A stretch of DNA of 64,000 nucleotides, taken from the NCBI RefSeq assembly GCF_006345805.1, contig NC_042999.1, positions 53,754,001 through 53,818,000 of the forward strand, written 5' to 3'. Shown one piece after another: positions 27,203 to 40,006 of this stretch (its first letter is position 1; every line of letters begins with the position of its first letter). Source of the stretch: Octopus sinensis. Lineage: Eukaryota. The position numbers and the translations under genes were made by a program. Below the pieces are notes generated by a model. It was not told where the DNA came from, did not search any database, and saw only the letters and a list, made by a program, of their open reading frames with translations.

Positions 27203-28117
27203 GTGTGTGTGTGTGTCTGTGTCTGTGTGTGTGTGTGTGTGGTGTGTGTGTGTGTGTGTGTGTGAGTGTGTGTGTGTGCGTGAGATCACGCGATTTTGTA
27301 TGCCTGTATTTATATGCAGTGATGAGTAATATATATACACGCTTCAAGAAAAATTGTTCTTAATTAATTGAAAATTATTCCCCCTTCGAGGGAACTGTAA
27401 GCAAATGGTTTGCGAAAACGGTGAACAGCTCCAAATGAGATGGCGAGATAATATCAAGTTTTAAGAATCATCATAAAAACTGACATAGAAATGAATTATT
27501 TCTCTTCGTTGATTTTTGTTTAATTCAACCAAATTCCTGCATTTTCATGTCAAAGTATGTAGCTTTGTACTGCTGACGCCTATTAAACAGAAATACACGT
27601 TCCCAATAGAGCTCTTATTTTCTGACAATCAGATTGTCATCTCGTCACAAGAAATCTTGATCCTTGCTTTATTTGCCCTTCTAATTTTGAATTGATTTCA
27701 TCGATGTGATAATGTATTCTTCTCCTTTTCTCTCCGAGGAATATAAATTCTATAAAACTCAAAATTTCTAGAATTCTATCCCATTCGCTTTATTTGTTTT
27801 CATCGATAAAATTCAAACCATTCACCAGACCGAGTTCGTTATTTTCATTTTGCGGGAGGAGGTTGTGTGGGTATGTGTGTGTAGGGATCGATTGTTAGTT
27901 GAATGCATGCGCACTGACCCCGCTGTGTACTATCTTGGGCGAATGTCATTCTCTATAACTTTCAGTCGATGCATTCCTAGTGTGTGAAATCGAGTTGACT
28001 AGAACTGTGGAGAATCCCGTTGGGTGGATGGGACATGTAATTTCAGGAGATTCAGGTATGTCACACTCACTGTCATTGAGCTGGTTCCACTCGAGAACAT
28101 TACTAAAGGTATACATA

Positions 28118-28522
28118 GGCGTAGGAGTGGCTGTGTGGTAAGTAACTTGCTTACGAACCACATGGTTCCGGGTTCAGTCCCACTGCGTCGCACATTGGGC
28201 AAGTGTCTTCTACTATAGCCTCGGGCCGACCAAAGCCTTGTGAGTGGATTTGGTAGACGGAAACTGAAAGAAGCCTGTCGTATATATATATATATATATG
28301 TATGTGTATGTGTATATGTTTGTGTATCTGTGTTTGTCCCCAAAACATCGCTTGACAACCGATGCTGGTGTGTTTATATCCCCGTAACTTAGCAGTTCGG
28401 CAAAAGAGACTGATAGAATAAGTACTAGGCTTACAAAGAATAAGTCCTGGGGTCAATTTGCTCGACTAAAAAGTGATGCTCCAGCATGGCCAAAGTCAAA
28501 TGACTGAAACAAGTAAAAGAGT
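28118..28522 (+). mobile_element. SINE family B, full length
   Basis: Intact head, B box, internal microsatellite and tail. Confidence 0.9.
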
Positions 28523-29026
28523 ATATCTGGAGAAAAGTCGAGTAGCAAGGGGCGAGTTATGCGGCTGATCGAAAGGTATAACCGCCCCCTCGAATCAACT
28601 GAGTAATATTTCCATTTTATTATGTTTTGTTATATTTCGGGCCAATAAAAGTGACACGGACTTATTCTATTTCGGTTCTTTATAAATAATTGTTTGTTTT
28701 ATTCATTCGGTGAAGAGTTCCTTTAGATTTGGTTCCCCAATTAATCAATCATTCATTCGATTAGTTAATTGGTTAACTAGTTAACCAATTGACAAATAAA
28801 TAATAAAGAACGGACAGACAACCAGTGGGTGGGTTTATTATTGGCATAATGACCGTCCCAAAATACACCAAAATATGTATCGTCACACATCTTCAGATGA
28901 AGAATCTTATAAACCAAATCCAACAGTCCGGCTCTTTTAATTCTTTATTCCACCAAACATGATTATAGTTATTATTTTTAGCATTAGTACTGTTATTATG
29001 ATTATTATTATTTTTATCATTAGTAC

Positions 29027-29070
<44 letters not shown>

Positions 29071-29304
29071 TTATTATTATTATTATTATTATTATTAATT
29101 ACATTAAAATTATTAATAAAGCCATTTTCAGTAATTGTGTCATGTATTTTGCTTCAGCTCTTTAGTTGATTAGATATTGTCAAAATTGTTCTAAGATCAT
29201 AATTCTGCTTTTCAATACTCAATCAGTCTTGTCCAGTCAGTCTTGTGCAATTCAATGTTTGTTATTCTGTTATTGATTCGAATGGCTATTATTAGTGTTT
29301 CAAA

Positions 29305-29495
29305 GTTTGGCACAAGGCTAGCAATTTCGGGGGAGAGTGAGTCAATTACATCCCACCCCGGCTCAGTTGGTGCTTATTTTATCGACCCTGAAAGGATGAA
29401 ATGCAAAATCGACCTCGGTTTCATTTCAACGCAGAACGTGAAGACGGACGAAATGCCGATAAACTTTTTGCAGATTCTGTTAGTTCGCCGCCATT
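29305..29495 (-). mobile_element. SINE family A, degenerate
   Basis: Contains the body motif ATCGACCCTGAAAGGATGAAATGCAAAATCGACCTCGG. Confidence 0.7.
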
Positions 29496-30685
29496 AAAGA
29501 AGTAATAATATTGAAGAACTGGTGGCGTGTTCCGAGCCTCGATCCATTCTATAGTATGTCTTTATGTTATGAATTAAAGGAAAGATAAAGAAGACCACGT
29601 GATATGTTGGTGACATAATTATATTAAATACAGATTGGAGTATTTGGTGTTCTGTATAAAATATAGTCGTATATTTTCATAGTCTACAGAAGATATTCTC
29701 TTTTATTTCATATTGTTGTTCTTTTCTTTTCTATGGACGTAATCCAAAATGGGTGGTATGCAATCCACGCACACAAAATTTGGATTGTATTTTGATATTT
29801 TAATTTCCTAAGAATTTAACAATTGTTATTATTCTACCCATGAATTTGGTACAATTAGAGATGGATAGTAAATAAAAGCCTAGTTTGGTAATGAAGTCGT
29901 ATGCAATACTTCTGGGTTTACTCTCACCTTTAAGGTATATTTTAGAAATAAATTCGTATCTTATCCCAGGGAGATACTTTCATACACCGTGATCACATCT
30001 AGTGGAAAAGTTTATGATTTCTTTTTGTTGTGAAACGATCTTAACAGCCATTCGCTGATGCACACGTATAAAAATACACACACCCATAAAAGCATGGAAA
30101 ATCCCCCTGTTGTTGAGTACCTACACATACGTTAACGCAAGGAATATTGGTGGAACATTCCTATCAAAACATGTATCAAGTGTAAACATAACTGGACCGA
30201 TATTATTATTTGGGACTCCCAAGAGAATATTATTATTTGGCACTTTCATGCGTGTAGCACCATCGAGGTGAGAATCTTTTCTAAAATCAAAGAGAAAGGG
30301 AGTAACTATTCACAACTGCTTCTCAGCATTCTGTGTTCTTTCTCCAGATAATAAATTCACATTTATACTAACAACAATGATCGGTGCTCTTCGTTTTGTG
30401 ACAAACTGGGAAAGCTTAGATTTTCTATAAAGAGAAATCAACCAAATAACTTGCAAATACAGTTTGTAAGTGGAAGAGTAAAAATATGCAAGACTTTTCT
30501 CAAGTCCAACTTGCGACGTTGCTTTTGTATGTACATTCAAGCGAAGGAGCTTTACATCTTTGTTAGAGAGCGACTCTTTCCTTACTTGAAAACTTCAAAT
30601 ATTTTTAAACACAAGAGAAAATACATATACAGTGGTCACACAGACATACATACATGCAAAGTTATATACATACATATAAATATAT

Positions 30686-30900
30686 ATTTCTTTATTGCTC
30701 ACAAGGGGCTAAACACAGAGAGGACAAACAAGGACAGACAAAGGGATTAAGTCGATTATATCGACCCCAGTGCGAAACTGGTATTTTATTTATCGACCCC
30801 GAAAGGTTGAAAGGCAAAGTCAACCTCGGCGGAATTTGAACTCAGAACGTAACGACAGACGAAATACCGCTAAGCATTTCGCCCGGCGCGCTAACGTGTC
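30686..30900 (-). mobile_element. SINE family A
   Basis: Closely matches the 14431-14667 copy. Confidence 0.85.
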
Positions 30901-31067
30901 CGCCTATATACATACGTATAAATATATATATACATACATGCATGCATACATACATGCATACATACATGCATATATACGTACATACATATACATATATAGA
31001 TACATGCATATATACATACATACATGCATGCATGCACGCATACATACATGCATATAGGCATCTGAGA

Positions 31068-31396
31068 CCCCTTTCGGTCATGACTGACCATGGGATTGCA
31101 CCTAGAAAGTTACCCTCCCAGGCACAAGTCCGGGTAAAGTTGTTTATGGAAGACCAGCAGTTGCCCATGCATACCGGCCTCTCCTCTCCACGCCACCAGT
31201 GTTATTCAAGGGAAAGGCAAAGGGGCCGATACAGCTTGGTACCTATGACGTCGCAACTCATTTCTACAGATGAGTGAACTGGGGTAACGTGAAATAAAGT
31301 GTCTTGCTCAAGAACACAACACGCAGTCCGGTCCGGGATTCGAACTCACAACCTCACGATCGTAAGCTCGATGCTCTAATCACTGAGCCATGCGCC
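31068..31396 (-). mobile_element. tRNA-derived SINE, family C (head GGCGCATGGCTCAGTG), full length
   Basis: A tRNA-like head with B box GAGTTCGAATCCC is followed by the conserved central block TTGAGCAAGACACTTTATTTCACG. Confidence 0.85.
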
Positions 31397-31582
31397 TTCA
31401 CATATATGCATACCTACATGCATGCATAATACATGCATACATACATACATACATATATGCGTACATGAATAAATACATGCATTTATAAATACATACTTGC
31501 ATACATATATCCATACATACATACATATATGCATACATACGTACATACATACACATACATACATACATACAGACAGACAGAC

Positions 31583-31935
31583 ATGCCCCCAGCGGATGAT
31601 AACATAAAGCTGAAGATCAGTGAAAAAGAGAATACCTATGCTGAACTATTGAGAAGTCTGCAGTTACTCTATCCAGATTACAAGTTCAGGTTTATACCGA
31701 CAATGAGTGGGACCCTGGGATATGTAACACACTGCCTAAATACCAGTCTTGAGAAATTAGGATCCTCAAAGCCAAAAATTAGAAAGCTAATTCGAAGACT
31801 ACAGATCCAGTCCATCACTGGAATCTGTAAAACTGTCCAGAAGTTTATCATTTAAATATATATGAGCATGTCTAGATATGTAACTATATGCATGAGAATA
31901 CATACATAAAGCAAAACATAAAAATCTACATCTGT
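31583..31935 (+). mobile_element. RLE-type LINE second family, 5'-truncated 3' end, flanked on both sides by (ACAT)n
   Basis: The sequence PADDNIKLKISEKENTYAELLRSLQLLYPDY..ICKTVQKFII* matches the 22.3-23.2 kb copy. Confidence 0.85.
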
Positions 31936-32284
31936 ACATACATACAAGCATACATACATACATACATACATACATACATACATGCATACATACATACATA
32001 CATACATACATACATACATACAACATACATACATACATACATACATGCATACATACAAATTACCCTGTTGTTGATTTTGAAATTACAACGAAGGAGACTT
32101 GGATCTAGGTTAGAAACCGGCTCTTTCCCTCTTAGCAGGAAATCTTGAAATAAAACTGAATAATGACATACATAAATACATATACATTGCACACATACAT
32201 ACATATACATTGCACACACACACACACATACGTACATACATACATACATACATACATACATACATACATACATACATACATACA

Positions 32285-32316
<32 letters not shown>

Positions 32317-32949
32317 CAATGGACATCAGCCCAGTTTAAGGCAACTTAAGTAGCACTTATTACACGTCAACCTATTATTATTCTGGTGAATTCAAATTCC
32401 GTAATTTCATAATCTGTGTATCTAAGTGATTAATGCAAATTATTTCTTAAATTATTATCGCCAATAATTAATCATGAAACATTTCAATAAAGAACTCTAC
32501 AGATTCGAAATACGAAATGCTTATTCCCAAAGGCACACACAATTGCTTTAGTCTAAATTTCAATTATGCATTTGCTAATTATATGCCTGTAGGTTTTTTT
32601 TAATTGCTCTCGCACTAAATTTTAATTCGTATTTTTATTCTTCGTAATCAATTATTTTACGCAATATCATTTTATATTTATATTAGTTCCCCCTGAAAGA
32701 AAGTTGTTTTCTTGTTCCAGGAAGCGGTGTGATCGTGGTCGAGTGATTAAGACATTTTCTCTTGCAATAATGTAGCTCTCGGTTCAATTTATCAACACGT
32801 CATTGTATTAATAGTTATGTATCTTATCTTCTAATACGAGCTGATCGGTGTTTCGATAGATAGGAGATCTAAATAAAAGGATACTCATTTGCTCTTGCAC
32901 TTATTTTATCTTTGGTAGCAAGTAATATCTAAAAAAGGTTTGTCGGCCT

Positions 32950-33335
32950 GCCTCATGACCCCAGCGAACAAAATGGAACAGAGGAGGATAGCGATGGAAA
33001 TGTGCTGGAACAGCTTCTTCGACACACGTGGCTCACGCGTGCTGATAGCCATCTCCGCTCCATTAGCAGTGAGCAGGGATGTGGTCTGAGGGCCTGAACC
33101 TTGGAGATCCCTTCTGCCACATCCTCGACTAGAAATTGGCCAATACTTTGATAGTTTGCCCTTCCCAGTCTGGTGAGACCGGGCTGGTATCTGAACACAC
33201 CAAATTGCTGCTGAAGACGTCATAGCATGTGGTATCCCAGATGAGGGCCCTACCACCATGGAAGGCGAAAACTGTCATACCGTCGCGCATTTTACCGTTC
33301 CCTCGGTCTAGCCCCACTGGCTTCTGCTGGGAAGG
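32950..33335 (-). mobile_element. CRE-like non-LTR retrotransposon RLE domain remnant
   Basis: GLDRGNGKMRDGMTVFAFHGGRALIWDTTCYDVF resembles the GL.R.DGKRPDG.T..P...G+.L.WD.TC.D motif of CRE-type endonucleases. Confidence 0.6.
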
Positions 33336-33739
33336 AAGCCTGTCACGTCTTGTTTTAATCTTAATTTCCGTTTTACTTTTAAATTTTTTCCGTTGCAGCC
33401 TTCTTTGTATATATTATTCCCGTGTCCATGAGATATGCACGATATAGACTATGAAGGTTTCAATTTTTATTCAGTTTTTGATTCGCTTTAATGCTTATAT
33501 TGATTTTCCGATACGGTCAATCGTTTTCATTTAAATGATTCCTGTTATTTTGAACATCAATTGTCTTGCTAAATCAGCTTCAAAGTTTTATTCGATAAAT
33601 TGGCAATTATCAATATCTATAAAATAATTCTTCTTGAGTTTCGCAACTCATATTGCCGTTTAGTTGATTTTCATGAGCTTACGTGTGCTTGAACGGAATG
33701 TGGTTCAAGTATAAAGAATAGCATTTTTTTAAATACTCA

Positions 33740-35060
33740 CGACTGTCAGATGATCTATTACGTAAAGCTTTGAATTACAGATTTGGGCTGTGTCGGTGTG
33801 ATTTTACGTCTGTTGGTGCCTGCAATGTTAGATGCTAATGCCTGAAACCAGGTTTCTAATTACAGCAGGGGGGTTAGTTTCTTCATTAGGCTTCCTGTAG
33901 GTAGTATTTTCCCGTATTCAGGTCTAAGGTTACGTCCAAGAAATCGACCGTAGTCTGGTTGGTAGTAAGCGTTATAGACAGGCCGAATTCTGAATAGTTT
34001 TTATCAAGTCGTTCCTGAACTTACCCATGGCGTGGCCATTCATATGGCTAGAGATTTCATCCTCGTCAAAGCTCCCCATAGAGACATCAAACAATGGATC
34101 ACCTTCTTTCTTTACAAAGAAGGAATCGTCTGCATCAGAATTGACATTCTGGCATTCACGGTGATTTTTATATCAAAATCTTTAATGCTGGTAAACTGTT
34201 GAGCAAAAGCTAGAGCCTTCAGGAGGAGGGGCTAGGATATGGAAAGGCAGAAGTCTACGATGTTGAACTGGGTGAATTTATAGTCTGACCTATGCCTGAT
34301 ACAGCGGAACCAGAATATTAAAGCTGCACTGGATTTCCATTGAGTCAACCCTGTAGCCCTTCTGTTGTCGGAGTTGATAGTACCGAGGATACGCTTGCTA
34401 ATGATATCTATCTCGCTTTTAGAGGGGTTGATCAGCCTGCATTTGGGCTAGGAATGGAAATTAGGCTTATGATCCTTAAGTGTAATATGGAGATGGGGTC
34501 TGCGTGACGAGGCGGCCCACTCGATCCATTATCTCAAGGCGGGTAGCTAGCTCCTTTGCTTCTGTGTTTATATCATTGTATGTAGATTTACGGGTTTGCT
34601 TGTACGTTTCGTTAGTGGCGCTTGTGAGGAGTCTTGAATGTGTGCAAATGCTTGTTTCATAAATATTGTTTGCTGTGTCTGCGAGGATGACCCCTATTAA
34701 ATGATCACTATTGGGAGATTGTTTACTTGTGGTCATGCAGTCATTTAGGTATTTAAGGAAAGGGATTGAATAATGCCGAAACCTTACTTTCTTTACAATG
34801 TTTCATAAGCCAGTCTCGAAGTTCTCAAGGTCTTTCATACGCAGGGAACACTTTCAAGATTTAAAGCCAAAACCCGCAGATGTAGTAGTGGAAGGGTTCT
34901 CGTAGAAGAAAGCTTTCCAGTCCATTCGTTTGTTGACACTTTCGGTAGATTTTCCTTGGAGGTATTTGGAGGTATTCCTCAGTCGTTCGTGAATGGCGTT
35001 CAACAGATTTTGGAACGATTGTATGAGTGAGTAGAAAGAAGGGCATTCAACAAGTTTATT
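33740..35060 (-). mobile_element. Penelope-like element reverse transcriptase region (degraded)
   Basis: It encodes ITLKDHKPNF..PKCRLINPSKSEI..QWKSS..WF..FTQFNIVDF..SIS, FDVSMGSFD and DFLDVTLDLNTGKY..YRKPN. It has stops, frameshifts and a deletion over the catalytic DD region. Confidence 0.8.
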
Positions 35061-35169
35061 GAGAGTTACATGTGTAGATCAAAACAGCTTGATTCAGAAT
35101 CCTTGATACTCTGAGTTTCAAGTGCGTGGCTAGTCTTCGGCCAGTGGAGTCTGAATAAGAGTTTCATTG

Positions 35170-35335
35170 AAGAGTCTCAACGTTCTGAGTTAAAATTCTG
35201 CTGAGGTCGACTTTGTCTTTCATCCTTTCGGGGTCGATGAATTAAGTACCAGTTGCGTACTGGAGTCGATCTAATCGACTGCCCCCTCCCCCACAAAAAT
35301 TTCTGGGCTTTGTGCCTGGAGTAGAAACATATATA
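35170..35335 (+). mobile_element. SINE family A body
   Basis: Contains GAGGTCGACTTTGTCTTTCATCCTTTCGGGGTCGAT..AAGTACCAGTTGCGTACTGG. Confidence 0.8.
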
Positions 35336-35878
35336 TTAATAGAAATATGTACAAAAGTGATAATCTTCATTCTTTTAGGCACATCTTATTTACGAAGCAT
35401 TTTTCTTCTTAAATAATGAAGCTTTCTTATTTTCCTAATTTTCAATTAAACAGTATATAATTAGATCCCTGCAGCTTTCTACATCGCACAAATATTAAAT
35501 CTAAGTTATGTTTTCTATTCTTGTTAATCAATTTTTGTGATCCAATATCGTTTTATTTCATATTATCTCCTCTAATCACACACTTTGACCATATATCGAG
35601 CATATCTATGATGCACTGGATAATGATTCTTGTATGCACTACCGTGGTGGTGCCGAGTTCTATCTCATGATATGGCATTCTAATTATTTTCCTTCTTCTA
35701 CTGTAACCAAGAGTCGGATGAAGCTCTGCGAGAGAAATTTTATTTGGCGGAAACTGTGCGGAAGCCCTCCGTATTTCCATATATTTGTGTATGTGTGCGT
35801 ATTATGTAGAGAAATAAATAGACAGACAGACTAACAGTTATTCGCAATGGCCTTCTGCACAATTGATATAGAAATATT

Positions 35879-35954
<76 letters not shown>

Positions 35955-37261
35955 TGCGTGCGTGTGTGTGAGTTTGGTTTTCTCTGGGATTTCTTTTAAC
36001 CCTAACCCTTTGCAGAATTCACGTCGGTCACTAACAAAATGTCAGCACTTTTTGCAGCAGCCAAGACAGTTCTTGGGGTTTTTAATTACCAGGTGTGGTC
36101 GGTGTGTGTGTTTATGCCTGCGTCAGCTTCGCATTTAGGTATGCGAATATGTATACCATATATAATTGTGTGCATGTGTATACATAGGAACCTCAACTGG
36201 AAGATCCTGAAATGTTTAATAAATTTTTGCTGTTTCTCTGATCGATTGTGTCTGGGGATTGCGATTCAGTCTGGTCTGTTCGTTTTTTGAGAATCCAAGT
36301 ATTTCTAGATTTTTATGTCGATGTTTTATTACAGAGCTCAGTGCACCTGAAATTAATATACGTAACCTGAATATAGGAGCTGTATGTATATGTATGTATG
36401 CATTGTGTGTGTGTGTGTGTGTGTGTGTAGAAAAGAGAAGGTAAGGGCGATCAAAAGATACCTAGGTTTTTTGATACAGATCGATAAAATATCCACGAAA
36501 CACATATAAGTACTAGGGACGATATTATCTTTCGAAGTCCCTGAACGAAGCGCTCCAGTATGACCAAATTCCAGTGAATAAAATCAAAATAAATAATACA
36601 AATCAATTATTTCTTACAAACCGTAATTGTATTTACTTTGGTGAAATTTAAGTTAATAATGCAATCTGAACGTATTTATTTCCTCTAAAACACACACTGT
36701 AATATTTATATAATATTTTCATAATATGGTTGATAAACTAATAACTGATTATTTTTTTGTAAACTATTTATTTTTCGACTCACATTTGTCGATATTTCTC
36801 ATCATTAATTCTAGCATTATTTTCTTATTGTTCCTAAATTTATTATCAATATTTAAATTTTACCTTTAACTAGATTCCTCTACGTCAATCTTATCTTTAA
36901 TATATGCCGTCTATCTTCCTAGTGTTTAATCAATAGATTAATATTTATATTTTAGTAAAAGCTTTCGGTTGTTTTTTATTTAATTTCTATTCGGTTATAG
37001 ACATTTATTTCTGAAATTTTCAGTTTGCTTTTTTCTTCTTATATTTATCACTGATTGATAATTTTATTTACAAATATTTTTACATCATTTTCAACTTCAT
37101 CGACTTCGAGATTTTCTGCTGTAATTTATCAATTTAGTATTTATATTCCTTCTTTCAGACTTTTCGTTTTCCATAAAACTGCCATCTTCCATATTTAAAT
37201 AAGACTTTATCTTTATAGAACCATTTCTATAGAATCGTCTATAAATTTTGTCTCTTGCTAG

Positions 37262-37476
37262 TTTAAGTTTTCAGACTGCGGTCATGCTGCGCCTCGAAGA
37301 ATTTCACTCAAGCGAATCTACCCCAGTATTTATTTTCTTTAAGTCTGGTAACGTCTGTCAGTCTCTTCTGCCGAAGCGCTAGGTTCAGGAGACGTAAACA
37401 CACTAACACAGGTTATCAAACTGTGGTTGGGGAACATACACAGTCACAATCATACACGTACACACACACACACACA

Positions 37477-37510
<34 letters not shown>

Positions 37511-37890
37511 TATTATGTGCTTCTTTCAGTTTCCCTCCATCAAATTCACTCACGAGGCTTTGGTTGGACCGGGGCTATAGTTGAAGACACTTGCCCAAGG
37601 TGCCACGCAGTGGGACTGAACCAGAACCAGTGTGGTTGGGAAGTAAACTTCTTACCACACAGCCATGCCTGTGCCTATGTATATAAATAGGAACAATATA
37701 CATATTAATTTTAAGGGCGGCAAGTTGGCGGGATCCACCGAGGTCAACTTTTCCTTTCATCATTTCGGGGTCGATTAAATAAGTACCAGTTACGCACTGG
37801 GTTCGATGTAATCAACTTAATTCCTTTATCTGTCCTTGTTTGTCCCTTCTATGTTTAGCACCCCTACCGTGGGCAATAAAGAAATAAATA
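37262..37890. mobile_element. Back-to-back SINEs: family B (-, 37262-37675) and internally deleted family A (+, 37722-37890)
   Basis: Family motifs as in the other copies. Confidence 0.75.
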
Positions 37891-38699
37891 TGCATATTTT
37901 CTCACAAAATATAAGGCTTCAGATTTAAAGTAAGAGTACAATCAACTAAATTTCCCCAGTATACAATAGGTATTCAACATATTTGTACTGGAATGCTGAA
38001 ATACTACGTCGATATTCAGAGGGATTCGAACTTAGAATCTATAAAATCAGAGCTAAATACGCAAAGGCATTGCTGTACCTCCAATATTGTAGGAAGATTT
38101 TATGGTCAGGGATAACACTGCAATTTTGTACTGGTTTTGTTTTATCAGGATACACACTGTCGAAAGCATTTGAGCCAGTTCTCTCGTGAGAAGATACGGT
38201 GTTGTTACTTCCTTTATTTCTTACTACAGTTCGACGACATTCGACGATAGTCTCTATATATATTCTAGAAGATCGAACAATATGGACAGTTAGTATGTTT
38301 TGCTTGTATAGGTAAACAAGGACTGTATGGTCTGTCCATATAAGTTTGTTGGGGCACGATGTTTGCAGGGGCAATAACATACAACCTATAACATAGATCA
38401 TATTACACGTATCATACCGCAGTAGAGATTTACCAGTCTTCTTTTGCGTACGTTGGTATATTTTTTCGTCACTTCACACTCAACTGACGAGCACAAAACT
38501 ACATATAATCAGGACAGCATACAGTCAGTATTAATGTTCAATTTCCAAGGCATTGCATGTCCATGGGGTTATTCAGTGGTGCAGGTTCCAAGGTTGTCTT
38601 GCAAGATGTTTTCACTTGGCTGAGGGGAGAGATAACATTATCTAACTGTTGAGTTAATATGTAATCCATATATACTGTTTCTATCGTACCGTGTAAATG

Positions 38700-38960
38700 T
38701 GTTCTTGTTCGTGTACAAATATCTTACCAATCTCTCCAAAAATCAATTATTAATCCTCTCCTTGGTCAACAATACGGACAACGATTCCACGGAACATAGT
38801 TGGAATTTCCTCGAAAAAGTGTTGTATGGACTCGCATGTATTATTACTGACCAAGTCGAGATCTATTTAAACTTCTCGTCTTTCAGCTTCCAAACAAAAT
38901 CAGCGAGTGAGGTTGGGTGTCTTTTGCTGCAAAAGGTCAACAAAAGCCACTCAATACGCA
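38700..38960 (-). mobile_element. Penelope-like element GIY-YIG endonuclease C-terminal remnant
   Basis: KRHPTSLADFVWKLKDEKFK*ISTWSVIIHASPYNTFSRKFQLCSVESLSVLL resembles the T.LSKY+W.LK...I.WSI+..A.PY....C.LC..EKL pattern. Confidence 0.65.
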
Positions 38961-38965
38961 CCACA

Positions 38966-39061
<96 letters not shown>

Positions 39062-39100
39062 CACACACGCACACACACACACATACACACACTCATATAT

Positions 39101-39144
<44 letters not shown>

Positions 39145-39237
39145 TTCAGCAACAATTTAGATTCAAATGAATATGGTACTTAATTTAGATGCACCAGAAT
39201 GTTGTATGGTGTTATCCATAAAAATTTGCGGGGTGAT

Positions 39238-39667
39238 TATAATCAAAATAAGCAACAAGAATGACTCCGGTAATTTGGTACAATTGTTTCGCACTACATC
39301 ATTTTATTAAAAGTTGTAATATGGTATTCTGAACCCACCCCCCTTACCCCATTCTTACAACTAAAAAATCTTTATTACTTCTAATCTTATAGCAGTTAGA
39401 TACAGCCATAGCTTGGTCAGTCAGTAAATGGACTTCACAACCTCATATGTTCTTAAAATTTAAATCTACAGCTTTATCTGTATATCTACCTTTTCTGTAA
39501 TGTTACTACTTGATTTGAAAGCCTTTGTATTAATGGAAAACGTATGTAATTGGCTGATGAGCACTCAGGCATCTTAAATCTGCTGTAATACTTACAACTT
39601 TTAATAAAATGATGTAGAGCGAAACAATGGTACCAAATTACCGGAGTCATTCTTGTTGCTTATTTTG

Positions 39668-39673
<6 letters not shown>
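39238..39673. mobile_element. MITE with 82-bp terminal inverted repeats
   Basis: The TIRs at 39238-39319 and 39592-39673 (TATAATCAAAATAAGCAACAAGAATGACTCCGG...) differ at only about 2 positions and have TA ends. Confidence 0.85.
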
Positions 39674-39719
<46 letters not shown>

Positions 39720-39764
39720 GATTGCATAATGATTTTAATAGTGTAAACGTGTCTTTAACTTCAG

Positions 39765-40006
39765 GGTTCCACAACTTCCAAACAACATTAAGTGGCCTGT
39801 TTATGAGGAGGAGAACCGAAGCTACGTGGAACTTCGTCCAAATATTACAGAAGAGAATGTCAAAACACGTCTGAAAGAAAGTGACTGGATATTTTGGAAT
39901 GATTTAATAGCAAATTTAGAAAAGCTCAGTGACCCTTCAAAGCCAACGACTGAGGCACCAATGAAGCATACAACAATGGGTCACATGGAAATGAAATCAG
40001 AGCCAA
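39765..40006 (+). CDS. Coding exon 2 (C-terminal part of the esterase fold plus Thr/Pro-rich stalk)
   Basis: The acceptor gtctttaacttcag|G completes the phase-2 Gly. The exon reads VPQLPNNIKWPVYEEENRSYVEL...DWIFWNDLI, matching the WPxY...YL.L...FWN signature of the family. The end is placed at the phase-1 donor CAA|GTATTT; an alternative weak donor lies at 39979/39980. Confidence 0.88.

Noticed and set aside
31330-31396. tRNA genes (also at 5283, 28118, 59554)
   Set aside because: The tRNA-like A/B boxes run straight into SINE bodies and lack a proper acceptor stem and terminator.
38484-38505. Hammerhead core CTGACGA on the + strand
   Set aside because: There is no GAAA or stem II after it, and it is antisense to the adjacent Penelope-like fragment.
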